Assembly (NCBI GenBank): GCA_951406725.2 | Contig: OX597825.1 | Location: 73,098,001-73,162,000, forward strand | Direction of reading: 5' to 3' | Source: Octopus vulgaris | Taxonomy: Eukaryota | Length of the DNA stretch: 64,000 bases | Shown here: one piece after another, positions 1 through 49,604 of the stretch | How the letters are laid out: every line of letters starts with the position of its first letter | Position numbering within the stretch: position 1 is the stretch's first letter | Position numbers and translations under genes: made by a program | The notes under the pieces: generated by a model | Seen by the model: the letters and a program-made list of their open reading frames with translations, nothing else | The model's database searches: none | Told to the model about the DNA's origin: nothing

Positions 1-74
<74 letters not shown>

Positions 75-204
75 CAAATAAGAAAATGGAGAGGATACAA
101 AAACGACATACATCAGTCGGTAGACATTCTAGTATGTCTATCTCAAAGTATTAGAAAGTTTTAGAAGAATAGTTGGTTGGTTTCCCAGCTTCTAACTCAT
201 ACAG

Positions 205-244
<40 letters not shown>

Positions 245-759
245 TAATAAATAAAATATATGCATACATACAAACATATATGTACGTACCTACATCTACA
301 TGTACATATACATGCATATATAAACATATACGTAAGTACAGGACACATGCATATATAAACATATACGTAAGTACAGGACACCACAACTAGATATAGAACT
401 CAACGAGAACCGAAAACGGAAAAACAAGCATGGAACAAACCATTTGTTTACAACAGAAAACAGAGTACAAGACAAACTACACAAGGAAAAATCCCCTTCA
501 TCAGCTGTCCCTAGTTCGACTCTAGCGTGTTTCGAAGGTAAGACAGAACACGACTCGTCGAAACTAGCCCTTCCTGCGAGAGAATTAAAATAAAATTACT
601 TCGCAGAGGGGTAAAAACAAGAAAGAAAAAAATAAAATGTAACGCAAACAAGACGTAAAAACGATACAAATAAAAATACAAAATAAAATACAAGATGGAA
701 ATACATGTACAAGAAAATACAATACGAGAAATAAAAATAAACTTATATACACAAATAAT

Positions 760-2050
760 CAACCAGTTAAAATGCTCCCACAGACAGCATCCACCTTCAG
801 CAACAGTGGAAAGGCTGGAGTTGGAAAACTTCATCTGCAGACCAATATGAAAATCTGCATTGAAAATTAAAGAGCTGCAGAGGAACAGTGGGTAATAAAA
901 AAAATGAAGCAGAACCCAAAAGTGTTCTATTCATATGCAAAAAAGCATAGGAACCCTGTCTCCCTCGTTGGTACACTGATCAAAGATAACGGCATTCTCC
1001 AACATGATGTTAAAGAAATGGCAGAAGTACTGCAGAAAAAACACTGTTCTGTCTTTAATGATCCCACTGGTATTGACGCAATGATGTGAACGATGTCGAT
1101 CCTCAACATATAATCTCGGACGTAACCTTTACTGCTTCAGACATCATAGCAGCAATAAATGAGATCAAATACTATTCTTCTGTAGACCCTGATAAATTCC
1201 CCGCTAGTCTCCTGAAGGAATGTAGAAACCAACTTGCAGTCTCTCTAACCAACCTCTGGAGAAATTCCTTAGACTTAGATTATAATAGCTCTTATCTCAG
1301 TCTGTCATCCCGTTTTCAAATAGAGAAACACATCCCTCGCAGTCAACTATCGCCCAATCTCACTCACCTCCCATATCATTAAAGTGTTTGAAAGGGTGGT
1401 GAGATCAAGGATTGCTGGCTTCTTGTAGAGCCACACATCGTTTCTCCTTCTTTGAACGGCCACACCTCGAATACTGCTTGCCCCTGTGCTCTTCCCATAC
1501 AAAACAAAACTTTTCGAAAATTGAATCACCCCAGAGGGCATTCACTAAACGAATTAAGGGCATGACTGATCTCGATTACTGGGACTGCCTTAAAGCCTTC
1601 ACGATCTACTCTCTTCAGCGCCGCCGTGAGCGGTACATTATTTGCACGATGTGGAGAATATACCACCAGTATTGTCCAAACTACCTTAACATTCGTTTTA
1701 GAATTCATCCAAGGCTAGGACCACGGACCATACGTTCCCTACTCAATTCAGGATCACAACACATAAATACACTGCTACACAATTTCTTTTCCTCAACAGG
1801 CCCTGCTTTATTTAACATTGTCCCGAAACAGATCAAAGAGGAACCCTTTAAACGGAATCTAGATAAATTTCTTCAAGGAATACCAGATAAGCCACCTATA
1901 CCTGGATACAGCATATTCAACAAGAACTCACTACTCGAATGGACTTTGATACCTCAAAGCTTGGCTTAAAAGGATTTAGCTAATCCTGTCAGGTGGTGCT
2001 ATTAAGTTAGAATGCCCTCGACCAATCTTTGGTCAATACATATCTAAGTT
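760..2050 (+). mobile_element. Degenerate CR1/L2-group LINE ORF2 fragment (frameshifted, internally deleted)
   Basis: Motifs KQNPKVFYSYAK, DPDKFPA.LLKEC, YRPISLTSH..KVFERVV, RPHLEYC, IYSLQRRRERY across frames. Confidence 0.85.
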
Positions 2051-2057
2051 ATCTGAC

Positions 2058-2172
<115 letters not shown>

Positions 2173-2340
2173 ATATTAGGGAATGAATCCAAAATTACAG
2201 GGAAAAATCAGATTTAGGGTTAAATCCAATTTTATAGTAAAATATTATATAATATAATTCGAGACAAAACCACTATTTTAAAACCAAACAAGGAAAGACT
2301 TAATCAATACATAAAATTTTAATATAAATTAAATAAACCG

Positions 2341-2384
2341 CCACTACAATTGTTTCATGTCTGCTACCGACAATCTTCAGGTGG
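2341..2384 (-). ncRNA. Minimal type-I hammerhead ribozyme motif (inverted copy)
   Basis: Reverse complement of 2688-2731. Confidence 0.6.
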
Positions 2385-2687
2385 ATTTTCGATCTAAAAA
2401 TATCAATATTTTAAAATATAATTTAAAATAATTTAAAATAATAAAATAATAAAATAATAAAATTATCAATGAAAGAATATAAAAATAAAAATATATAATC
2501 TATATATAATCTATATATAATCTATATATAATCAATATATAATCTAAAATAATCTAAAATAAACCCTATAAACAATTGAATATAAAAACCTATTATAAAA
2601 GTTCTCATATTTTATTATTTTATTATTTTATTATTTTAAATTATTTTAAATTATATTTTAAAATATTGATATTTTTAGATCGAAAAT

Positions 2688-2731
2688 CCACCTGAAGATT
2701 GTCGGTAGCAGACATGAAACAATTGTAGTGG
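2688..2731 (+). ncRNA. Minimal type-I hammerhead ribozyme motif
   Basis: ccac-CTGAAGA-t-tgtc(ggtagca)gaca-t-GAAAC-aatt-GTA-gtgg; stem I ccac/gtgg, palindromic stem III acaattgt. Confidence 0.65.
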
Positions 2732-3184
2732 CGCTTTATTTAATTTATATTAAAATTTTATATATTGATTAAGTCTTTCCTTGTTTGGTTTTAAAATAGT
2801 GGTTTTGTCTCGAATTATATTATATATATATATATATATATATAGCAAAAGTTGTGTGGTGGACCAATTCTTGTATATATATATATAATTATAACAGTAA
2901 TTTGTTGATTTTATTAAATTAATAATCTTTCACCCTATATCTGTAATGAGTATATATATATATATATTATATATATATATTATATATATATATATATCTA
3001 TATATACATACACATACAAGAATTGGTCCACCAGACTTTTGCTTAGGCTATAAGGCTATCAGACAAATAAACACCAACCGTATCACTTTGAGACATGATT
3101 CTCCTGGGATGTTGTCTATATGTTTCTGACATCCCTTTTTCTTATCATGCCTAAGGAACCTACAAGAACAGGAACATTTTTTGC

Positions 3185-3440
3185 TTAAGATGGCGAGTGA
3201 TTACAGTGTTGCTGTCACGATCACGAAATCGTGGTTTCAATTCCTAGACAAGGTGGTGTGTTGTGTTCATGAGCAAAACACTTCATTTCATGTTACTCTG
3301 TGGTCACTTCGACACCTGACGCTTGGTTACACTGTGCACCTGTATAGGCAACATTGATTTGATGGAGGGAGAGGGCTAATGTACGGTACACACATTGATC
3401 ACTGTAAACAAATCATTTGTGCAGGTCGTTCGGCGTTTTT
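3185..3440 (+). mobile_element. Degenerate tRNA-derived SINE (family D); related copies near 39636-39690 and 44515-44740
   Basis: tRNA-like head with a B-box-like ggtttcaattcc, followed by gtgttcatgagcaaaacacttcatttca, which is shared with 44608-44640. Confidence 0.55.
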
Positions 3441-3453
3441 GATAAGAGAGTCC

Positions 3454-3486
<33 letters not shown>

Positions 3487-3505
3487 GTTGTTGTTGTTGT
3501 TGTTA

Positions 3506-3570
<65 letters not shown>

Positions 3571-3572
<2 letters not shown>

Positions 3573-3730
3573 GGCGGCGAGCTGGCAGAACCCTTAGAAC
3601 GCCAGGTAAAATGCTTAGCGGCATTTCGTCCATCTTTACATTCTGGGTTCCACTTTACCTTTCATCTTTTCGGGGTCGATAAATTAAGTACAATTCAAGT
3701 ACTGGGGTTGATATGATCGACTTTCCTCAT
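3571..3730 (+). mobile_element. tRNA-derived SINE family A (Meta-domain-like core gcctttcatcctttcggggtcgataaa); about 25 copies in the window
   Basis: Recurrent head aaggcggcgagctggcagaa..gagttcaaattcc. Other copies include 6080-6295, 8765-9405, 16203-16400, 16975-17200, 19595-20370, 22165-22385, 23865-24290, 25420-25770, 28345-28545, 31160-31370, 33545-33997 and 38525-38730. Confidence 0.85.
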
Positions 3731-4680
3731 CCCCACTCCCTAATTACATTTTTCATTTTCATGATTTTTTTTTTTAAATTTCCACATTTTTTTCTGTACT
3801 GTGTCATAGTCCTTAATTGTTTTCCCCTTCAGTGTTACCTTCTGATTTCCATCACTAATCTCCTCTGCTGTTGCTGGTTTATCCCTCTCTTTCTTCTCTG
3901 CTTGTCTCTCACTCGATGTTGTTGTCATTTCTCTTCTATCTTCCTTTTTTTCATGTCCTTTTACTTTCTCCTCCCTTATAGTTGCTGGTATGGCTCTCTG
4001 TTTTCTCTCTTCGTCTTTCTCGCTTAATTTTGCCGACATCTCGTTTCTTTTCTGATCGTTCGCTTTTCCTCCTTTTGGTAACCCTTGCCTTTCCACTGCA
4101 CTTCCTTTTCTTTTCTTCATGGAGCTCTTTTTTTGTCTTTTCTTCCTCTTCACCACTGTGTGTTTTTCTTCCATATTTTCCATTGGCCTCTGCTCCTCTA
4201 CGCCTTGCACCTCTATCTTCCCTTGCTGTTCCATCTCCGTCACTTCCTCTTCGTGTTTCTGGGGACAATTAGCTTTCATGTGTTCCCGTACTCCACACTG
4301 AAAACATATAGGAGGTCTTCCCTCCACTACAACTCTTAGCTTCGTCTCGTCCGCTAACACTAATTCCTCTGCAATTTTGTGGCGGTCTGGTAAACTGATG
4401 TGAACCGTCACCTCAAGGCCGTATCCCCATCAGTTTACCTCCGTAGTTCTTGTGATCTTAAGCATTTCAGTTTCCTCTTCTGTATTTTAGAGGATGGCTG
4501 CCACCAGCCACGCTTCGTCAATTTCTGGGGGCACTCTACCAATCCTAACTCAGGCTGCACGTTTGCCACAGTAGGTTGGTAGTAGTACCCACTCAGTTGA
4601 TCTCAAAGGCACAATGAAGTGTTTTATTGCTTCTTGTTCACTCGCGAAGCGTACCTCCACGGTGCCATATTTCTTGCCTC
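3700..4680 (-). mobile_element. L1/Tx1-like LINE ORF1 remnant (RRM-like region, CCHC zinc knuckle, lysine-rich tail)
   Basis: ORF 3740..4411 has VVVEGRPPICFQCGVREHMKANCP (CX2CX4HX4C); upstream frames read GTVEVRFASEQEA; frameshifted. Confidence 0.7.
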
Positions 4681-7600
4681 AGTTTCGATTCAATGAGTTT
4701 CCACCAGTGGTGGTATTTGATGATGTAGTGAAATATTTAGAAATTTAAAATAATGACTTTAAAAAAAAAAAATGACGGAAAAAAAGAATAATGAACTGTG
4801 TGATACATAAAAGGTAAGTCATTTCATCTCATCATTATTCATAATTTCACCTGTTATATGTTTTGTGTACCACACTGTATTACTTTGTCTGTCTTTGTAT
4901 CGTCCCATCTTTATAAGAGGCCGTGTGCCTAATAAAAGAAATCAGGACGTTGGTGTTGCCTTGGTGGAGGTTTGTACTCTCTGAATGCTCTTGTTATTAT
5001 TATTTCTTGTCAATATCACATCTTGCACCCTGTTTTTTTTCTTTAATAAAAGAAGGTATTTGGGAATTTCAGATTGTTTGTAAGTCAAGAAACACGTTTT
5101 GAAACACCTGAAAACTGAGTGAATTAATAACACAAGAAGAACAGTTCAAGTTTTTAATTTTTCTTTTATTCTTCAAATTTTGAGGCTAATTTTTTTTTTT
5201 ATCAAAATCAGGCGAAATACATTTGGATATCCTGAATATATAACTGTTGAAAAAGAAATCGTAAAATATATATGAACAAAAAATGAACGTTAATGGAAAA
5301 TTGAGATAGAAAAAAAAAAACCCCAACAAAAACAATTTTTTAAAGACTAGACTACGACTATTTTTGTTTTACATAAATTTAGGAAGTGTTCTTCGTTGGT
5401 TTCATTTTTGTCACTTAAAAAAATATTGAAATATTGCATTTTGGACACCCACATTTGTTAACCAGGCGTTGTTGTTTATCAGGATGTGTTTCAAATTAAG
5501 AAAACAACTTTGGAGACGAGTCAAATTAAGAAAACAACTTTGGAGACTCGACCTGCTAGAAATATCAACCAAGTCTCCAATCTAGTTCAAAAAGAGGCAC
5601 GCACACTGGATGTATAGTCCAGAGTATACTTCTAGAACTTCTGCAGAGGAGTGACTAGGAAAAGTTGTTTTTTTTTGTGCGATATTCGGGTGGAGATAGG
5701 GGTGGAATCAGACCCAGTAAAGATAAGAAAAAGAAGAGATAATTATACTGGGTAGTGGATATGGGTGGAAGGGTCATTCTGTTGGCTAGTGAGTCAAATA
5801 TTTTTTTTTGGTTGCGTACTTAAGGTGTTTCGGATTTGCGTGGGCAGCGTCGTCCTAAATATGTGAGGAATACTTCAACTCGTGTTACACCTCAGTTTTG
5901 AAGAAATCAGTTTATGATACAAGTTGAATGATTTATGTTAGGAAAGGAAAACCTAAATTTTTGAATGTAGTTTTATCAATGTTGCTGTATATAATATTTT
6001 CAGCGGTTTTTTTCCTATCACCATATAATCTTATATCGTTTTATAAACTCCTTTATTGACAGCTCACTCATCATAATTATTGGTTTCAAATTTTTGCACA
6101 AGGCCAGCAATTTCGTGGGAGAGGGTAAATCGATTAGATCAACCCCAGTGCTCAACTGATACTTATTTTATCAATCCCGAAAGAATGAAAGACAAAGTGG
6201 ACCTCGGAGGAATTTGAACTGAGAACTTAATGACGGACAAAATGCCGCTAAGCATTTTGTCCGATGTTGTAACGATTCTACCTGCTCACCGCTTTACCAT
6301 AATTATTGGCATCTGTTCTTATAATAATTTTTTTAACTATAAATTCGTAGCATTTTCTTTAAATTTTTAATCAATTATTTTATTGTCGTCCTTTGCTTTC
6401 TTAAATATTTTTGTGGCATTAACACTACTCCCCATTTCTCTTAACCCTTTGCCTAAGATATTATACTGTCCCTCTGAAGGCAAGATGTGATCTAAGACTG
6501 CTTCTTTGATATTTATATTCCATCTATGTATTGATTCCGTTGAGTAATGCCGCTTCAAAGACTCTGTACATGGAGACAATGAATGTTTAGAGTAAGGCTG
6601 TTTAGGTTTTATGTTTGATTACACATGGGTTCGGAAGTTTATAGGGAATTAAACAGCGGCAGCATCTGCGTAGAGGTGTATGTTACTAAAATTGGTAATT
6701 ATTGTGTGGAAAGAAGGGTGTTGGAGACATAACAAAACTTTGAGATACACTGAAGTCGTAAGCATAAGAACTAAAAAGAGTATCGTTACCAATTCGAGAG
6801 ATAAGAAACATTGCTTTCATAGAAGACCTTAGCATGAAGGTTCCTGAGCTCGGCATAAGTAAAAAGCAACAATGATCGCATTCGTAAAAGTTCTCAGAGG
6901 GTAAAACTTTGCTAAATGACATAGGGAAGTTGGGTCTTAGATCTAGCTGTACGGAAACTGCAGTGGTGGTTACTAAATGGAAAGAAAAACTCGAGATGAT
7001 GAAGGAAATGGTATTCTTTGGGGCCATTTCAATCACCTTTAAGATGTTAGTAGGACAATAATTAGACAGTTTCGTACTTGCGTGTTTATGGATCTTGATA
7101 AGGCTAAAACGGACGAGAAAGAGCGTCGGGAAAGAAATTGTAAATAAACGGGTCCCCCATCACTTTCGACGGTGATGTGTGTTCCAATTGTCTTTTTTTT
7201 TCAATGTAGCTATTTACTCATTAAATTATAGTTTCATGCTGGGTATTCCGCAGACACCGGTACATTTAAAGTATTCCTTAGACGTACTCAGTACATGACA
7301 AAGATCACTCTTTGAATTACAGGTATAATTCTACACAAGCATATTTCCCCAACACTAACACTCACACACATACACATACATATGTACACCTAAATACGTA
7401 CATATATAACATTTACCGTGTGTGTACGTGTGTATAAATAGATGAATAGGTAGATTATACATATCTACTTTGCATAATATATTCGAGATTCCACCATTCT
7501 GTTCTGCATTATTTCTACAGACGCTGTAACAGTTTTAGATAATTCAATTAATTTTGAATTTCTTATTGAGATTCTTTGAAAAATACCTCGTAATTTTCCC

Positions 7601-7862
7601 CCTCTTCTCTCGATGAGATGGGTTATGTACTTTTAAGTACAAGTGTTATCTATTTATCTACAAAAATATAATGTTTCTTCTATAGTCGAACCGGCCTTTC
7701 TATAGCTTCGCCAATATTTCTACAGGTCGCCTGCTGGCTTCTATAGATAAACCCCGTTCTTCTATCGACACGTCGGCGCCCTCTATAGGCCGACTGCCCT
7801 TTTCTAACTTCATTACTTTCTAGACTGTACTTCAGTCATGTTCAGTGAACTCGTTTGACCGA

Positions 7863-43548
<35,686 letters not shown>

Positions 43549-44401
43549 GGCATTAAGAGAAGAAGGAAAGAAACAAAGAAAGGGTTTTAACATATACATA
43601 GGCAGGTCAATGCTGTATAATACATACACTGTACACACAAGCGTGCACACGTAATCTGTATCTATCTACCTATCTGTCTGTCTATTTGTATATGTATGTA
43701 TATATAAATGTATATGTAAGTATATATAGATGTATATATAATTAGTCCACCTGTCTGTCTATGTATGTATGCATCTGTCTATCTCGCTTTTTGTCTATGT
43801 ATATATGCATTTATGTATGTATGTATGTATGTTATTATTCAGTTTTACTTCAAGATTTTTTGCCAATAGAGAAAGAACCGGTTTCTATCCTAGATTTGGA
43901 TCTAGGATAGAAACCGGCTTCTTCATTAGAATTTCAACAACAACAAGGTATTTTTACAGATGTATATGTTTTGCTTTATGCATGTATCCTCATGTATATA
44001 GTTGCATATCTAGAAATACTCATATATACTTAAATGATAAACTTCTGGAAAGTCTTACAGATTTTTACCGTTCCAGTGATGGATTGGATTTGTAGTCTTC
44101 GAATCAGCTTTCGCCTTTCTGGTTTTGAGAAGCCTAATTTCTCAAGATTGGTATTTAAACAGTGCTACATGTATGTATCCATGTATGTATGTATGTATGT
44201 ATGTATGTATGTATGTATGTATGTATGTATGTATGTATGTATGTATGCATGTATGTATGCATGTATGTATGTGCGTATGTATGTATGTATGTATGTATGT
44301 ATATATGTATGTATGTATATATGCATGTATTATGTATGTATGTATGTATGTATGTATGTATGTATGTATGTGCGTATGTATGTATTATGTATGTATGTAC
44401 G

Positions 44402-44435
<34 letters not shown>

Positions 44436-44449
44436 TGTATGTATGTATG

Positions 44450-44513
<64 letters not shown>

Positions 44514-44785
44514 CGTGGAGGCACGTGGCTTGGTGCTTCAGAAAGTTGCACTCATGATCACAAGATTCTGGTTTCGATTCCTGCTCCTGGCAATGGACGA
44601 TGCATTATGTTTTTGAGCAAAATCCTTCATTTCACGTTACTCCAGTAGAATTCGGTGGCAAAGGTGAGTAACAGACCGGTTCCTCATAGAATGGAAAAAA
44701 TATATGCGTCAAAGAATTTGAGACATCCGCCTTAAGAGAGTGTGGTTCCAGAAGGGTCTTTAATACTGTATGTATTTCATGTATG

Positions 44786-44819
<34 letters not shown>

Positions 44820-45073
44820 TGCATGTACGTACATATGCATGCATGCATGTATGTATGTACGTATGTATGTATATGTGCATGTGTTCATGTATGTATGTAT
44901 CTGTGTGTGTGTGTGTGTGTCTGTCTGTATATATATATGCATGTATGTGTTTGTGCATGCATGTGTGCATGTATGTACGTATGTGCTTAAGCATGTATGT
45001 ATATATATGTAAGAATGTTTTATGTGTGTATGTATTATGTATGTATGTTCTCACGTATATACGTACGTATGTA

Positions 45074-45117
<44 letters not shown>

Positions 45118-45890
45118 CGTATGTATGTATGTATGTATGTATGTATGCATGCATGAATATATGTGTTTGTGCTTGCATGCGTGCATGTATCTGTTATGTA
45201 TGTATGTATGTATGTATGTATGTATGTATGATGTATGCTATTATGTATGTGTGTATGTACTGGTGTATGTATATAACATTCATCTTATCTCTGTATCAAT
45301 TCTTGGTTTCAGAAGTGAAACCTCATCAAATCAGAAGTTTCGTGAGGTGAATATAGATTATTTAGCCACGTGATTTTCGGCTATTGAGCAACTTTCTTCA
45401 TAAAGTATTAATTTTTTCAGAATATTAATTTTCAGTATGTAAGAAATTATGTGTATCTGTATGCATTAATACGTCTGTTCGACATTATATAGTATTATAT
45501 AATTGTATATTCACAAAGAAATGCAAACAAAAAAATATGGCTAATATGGCTAATCAGATCACCAGAAGCCCTTAGTTTCATCAACTGTTCAGTCACATGG
45601 ACACTTTACACTGCTTTGTAATTGATTTCTACGTGGACTGATAGCCAAGTCCGTATGAGGAGCTTACTGTGATAGTTGCATGATTCTCTGAATCCATATT
45701 CTATATTACTCATATTCATACACACAAACATACACACACGTGAGTGTGTGCCTGTGGGTGCGTGTATGGAATTATCGATTATCACCAACACATAGAATAA
45801 GAAAGATTGGATCACTTATCTACGTACATATATACACTTACGCACACACACACACACACACACTTATACACACGCGCTCTTACACACACA

Positions 45891-45941
<51 letters not shown>

Positions 45942-46061
45942 CACATGCATAGATGTATGGATTGTCTAAGCATCTGGGCCAATACTGGGCAAAACTTATC
46001 TAAGAATTTATATATATATATATATATATATATCTGTACGTACATATGTATGTGTGTGTGA

Positions 46062-46109
<48 letters not shown>

Positions 46110-46203
46110 CCACGAACACACACACACACATATATATGTATATATATTTATATACATACATACATGCACACACACATATATACATGCATGAATTGTCTGT
46201 TTA

Positions 46204-46244
<41 letters not shown>

Positions 46245-46818
46245 GTTTGTTAGTTGAAAATTTGATATGATATTTTCAACACCATTTTTCTTATATATGT
46301 CGCTGAAAATGAAATAAATGAATTGATTAAACAGTTGTGTACAGTTTCTAGAAAAAGCGCAATCACTTCGTTCTGGTCCAACGTAGCAACGGTCTATTGA
46401 GTACATGTGTCTACCAGATCCTGAACGAATCCACCCTTGTCACCCGGTCGGTTAGAATTAAAGGGACAAATCACCCTGAAATCATATTGTATTGAGAGTC
46501 GTTTTACGAGTATTATAGGTTCCTGGGCATTTTAGTGCACTGGGTCCTATTGTTTTTAGTTATTGTGAAGAAACTAAAACATACGTAGATAAAAAGTGGG
46601 CCCCAAGATACACGAAGCCGTCGTGTATATCCAGTGTGTTCATGGCCTGAGTTGGCCCCTGGCTTTTGATTTTAAAACAGAAAGGTTATATCGGCTATTG
46701 TGGCAGATGATTCGGTAGATTTATTTAAAACAAAAAAATATTGAAAAATTGGCAAAGACATTTAGGAATTAAGATCTGGGTTGATCTAGAATAAACCACA
46801 ACGGCGGCGACGACGACG

Positions 46819-46851
<33 letters not shown>

Positions 46852-46877
46852 ACAACAACTGCAACTATAACGGTAAT

Positions 46878-47262
46878 GGAAGCACTCCGTCGGTTACGAC
46901 GATGAGGGTTCCGGTTGATCCGAATCAACGGAGCAGCCTGCCCGTGAAATTAACGTGTAAGTGGCTGAGCACTCCACAGACACGTGTACCCATAACGTAG
47001 TTGTCGGGATATTCAGCGTGACACAGAGAGTGACAAGGCCGGCCCCTTGAAATACAGGTACAACAGAAACAGGAAGTAAGAGTGAGGGAAAGTTGTGGTG
47101 AAAGAGTACAGCAGGGATCACCACCATCCCTGCCGGAGCCTCGTGGAGCTTTGTAGGTATTTTCGCTCAATAAACACTCACAACGCCCGGTCTGGGAATC
47201 GAAACCGCGATCCTATGACCGCGAGTCCGCTGCCCTAACCACTGGGCCATTGTGCCTCTACA
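46878..47262 (-). mobile_element. SINE family C, full length, 11-bp TSD
   Basis: TSD ataacggtaat at 46867-46877 and 47263-47273. Confidence 0.9.
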
Positions 47263-49399
47263 ATAACGGTAATATAGAGGACGATATCTATGATAACGAT
47301 AACATCCCCACGACGACGAGACGTTGAGAACGGCTACGACGACGACAACGACGACGGCGATGACGGCTACAGCCACCATCACCAACGCCACCAATATCAA
47401 CAACAACAACAACAACAACAACAACAGCATTGATAATAGAAACGTTAACAACATCAACAGCAATGATAACGACAATAACAACATCAATTAAATTCAATAT
47501 GTGCTACAGCATGGGCATAGCCCGCACGCTGATACTACGTAAAAATGTGTGTGTGTTTATGTGTATATACGTGTGTATGTGTGTTTGTGTGCATGTCTGT
47601 GCGTGTGTGTGTATGTATGTTTATATAAATATATATATATTTGATATCCTCACCTCAGATACTGGAATAATTTAGTTAACAGCCTCACTCAAAATTTCAA
47701 AGAAGCAGACGATAGAAGAGCAGCTTTTAAACAAGATTTGCTAAATACAAATTGACAAACTGCAGTGTTTTTGTCGTCTGTTTCTATAAAAAGTAATACA
47801 AAATAGGAAAAAACATCCTATAAAATCCCTGATTCGATCGGAAATTACTGTTTTAAATAAGATTCCAAGATGTCATAGGGCTGTAATATATTTTATTACA
47901 TATACGCCTAGATCTATAATGTTCTTTTTCCAACGAAATTGATCTAGTCTTGATTATGTCGATAAAGTTATTGGCAATGATGTCAGGGTGATTGCGGGGG
48001 AAATTTTGCTTCGGATCAGGAGGCTCTGCTGTTCTGAGCAACTCAAAGACAAAATTGCACGCAACACATATATATGGATACATGTATGTATGTATGTATG
48101 AACATACGTATGTATGTTTATGTTATATGTAGATATATGTATGTTTTGTGAGCATGTGTGGAAAACAATACGAGAAAACGTAAGAGGGAGAGTGAGAGGG
48201 ACAGATGGAGAAAGAGAGAGAGAGAGAGAGGGGGGGAAGAAGAATGGGGAGGCGAAGAAGTGGTCAGAGAGATAGATAAAAAAAAAGAGAAGGAAAGATG
48301 CATACAAAAAAAAAAAAAGGAACGACGGAGAGTAGCGATCAATTGTGACACGGGACTGTTTATGAGTGATGGACTTTATTTAACGAGATAATGATTGAAA
48401 GATAAAAGAATAACCACTTTGAAGACAAAAGTTGACTGAAAGCGAGAAAGAAAGAAAGAGAGAGAATGAGAGAGGGAGAGAGAGGAGGAGACAGAGAAAG
48501 AGAAAGATAGAGAAAGACGTAGAGCAAGGTAGATTGGCACACCTATATGTGTGTGTGTGTGTGTGTAATATCGGGGAAGCAGCGTGAGTGCAGAGCGAAG
48601 CGTGTGAGAGAAATATAAAGCGAGAAAAATATTCACGTAGAGTGGTGTTGCGGAGCGAAGAGGACAATGAGCTTCATTAAAGATACGATGAAGTGTTATT
48701 AATGCCGTGAAAGAAGTGATTACATGGAACACTGGTTGAGCGAGGAAAAAGCGATAATGATGATAATAATAATAACAATAGTAATGCAGTACCGGGCAGT
48801 GGCTCTCATGGCTTCTGATCGTAACTGATTGGAAGTGTTATCAATGCCCTGATGCAGTACCGGGCAGTGACTCTCATGGCTTCTGATCGTAACTGACTGG
48901 AAGTGTTATCATGTACATTGTTTTGTCTTGGTATAAAAGATGGGCCACAGCAAATATTCTGCTCATTACCACAGATTTGCTTCCCACTTGTTTGACCATA
49001 ACCAGTTGAGCATGTCCCTTAGTGGCTGACGATATGTGCATCTCTGATCACAAGCAGAAGTAGTGGGGGAGAATCATAGCCATGTGTTGAGAGGAATTCT
49101 TTGGGGTTTGGATAATTCACCTTTAGAAACATGGCTGGTTCATTCAACATCCTCAAACAACCCATATTCAGGGACCTTTTGAGCAGGATAGTTTATTCGA
49201 CCTGAAGAAAATTCTAACTGGGCCCCACCTGCAAGATCATGTGCTGTTTATCTTGATATGAGATTACCATGTCACGCACATATGGTTGTGATGCATGTGC
49301 CTGGTGTACCCTTATCAGACGGGTAGTCATGATGGGTATACTGGGCTTCGTATATTTTACCCCAGTGTCACTTTGATGGCATGCACTGCTCTCTCACTC

Positions 49400-49465
<66 letters not shown>

Positions 49466-49506
49466 ACTTGGAGTCAACTTGTACAAACATAAAGCAAAAG
49501 TCAAAC

Positions 49507-49599
<93 letters not shown>

Positions 49600-49604
<5 letters not shown>

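Noticed and set aside
311-380. Short two-copy tandem duplications (35 bp here; also 5491-5548, 39268-39321, 20360-20465)
   Set aside because: Ordinary local slippage duplications with no further structure.
480-600. Hammerhead candidate on the minus strand (ctgatgaagggg; similar at 42170-42190)
   Set aside because: CUGAUGA is not followed by stem II and GAAA in the right order.
6360-7200. Possible decayed DNA-transposase coding region (LSPC..SL.RH motif)
   Set aside because: Too degenerate to assign by eye; needs tBLASTx or a Dfam search.
45300-45350. Hammerhead candidate on the minus strand (ttgatga-ggtttca/tgaaacc)
   Set aside because: Stem II-like hairpin present, but GAAA, stem III and stem I are missing.
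48785-49400. Unique-looking segment with a ~58-bp tandem duplication between (TAA)n tracts
   Set aside because: Probably a retroelement UTR-type repeat, but no diagnostic motif allows classification.
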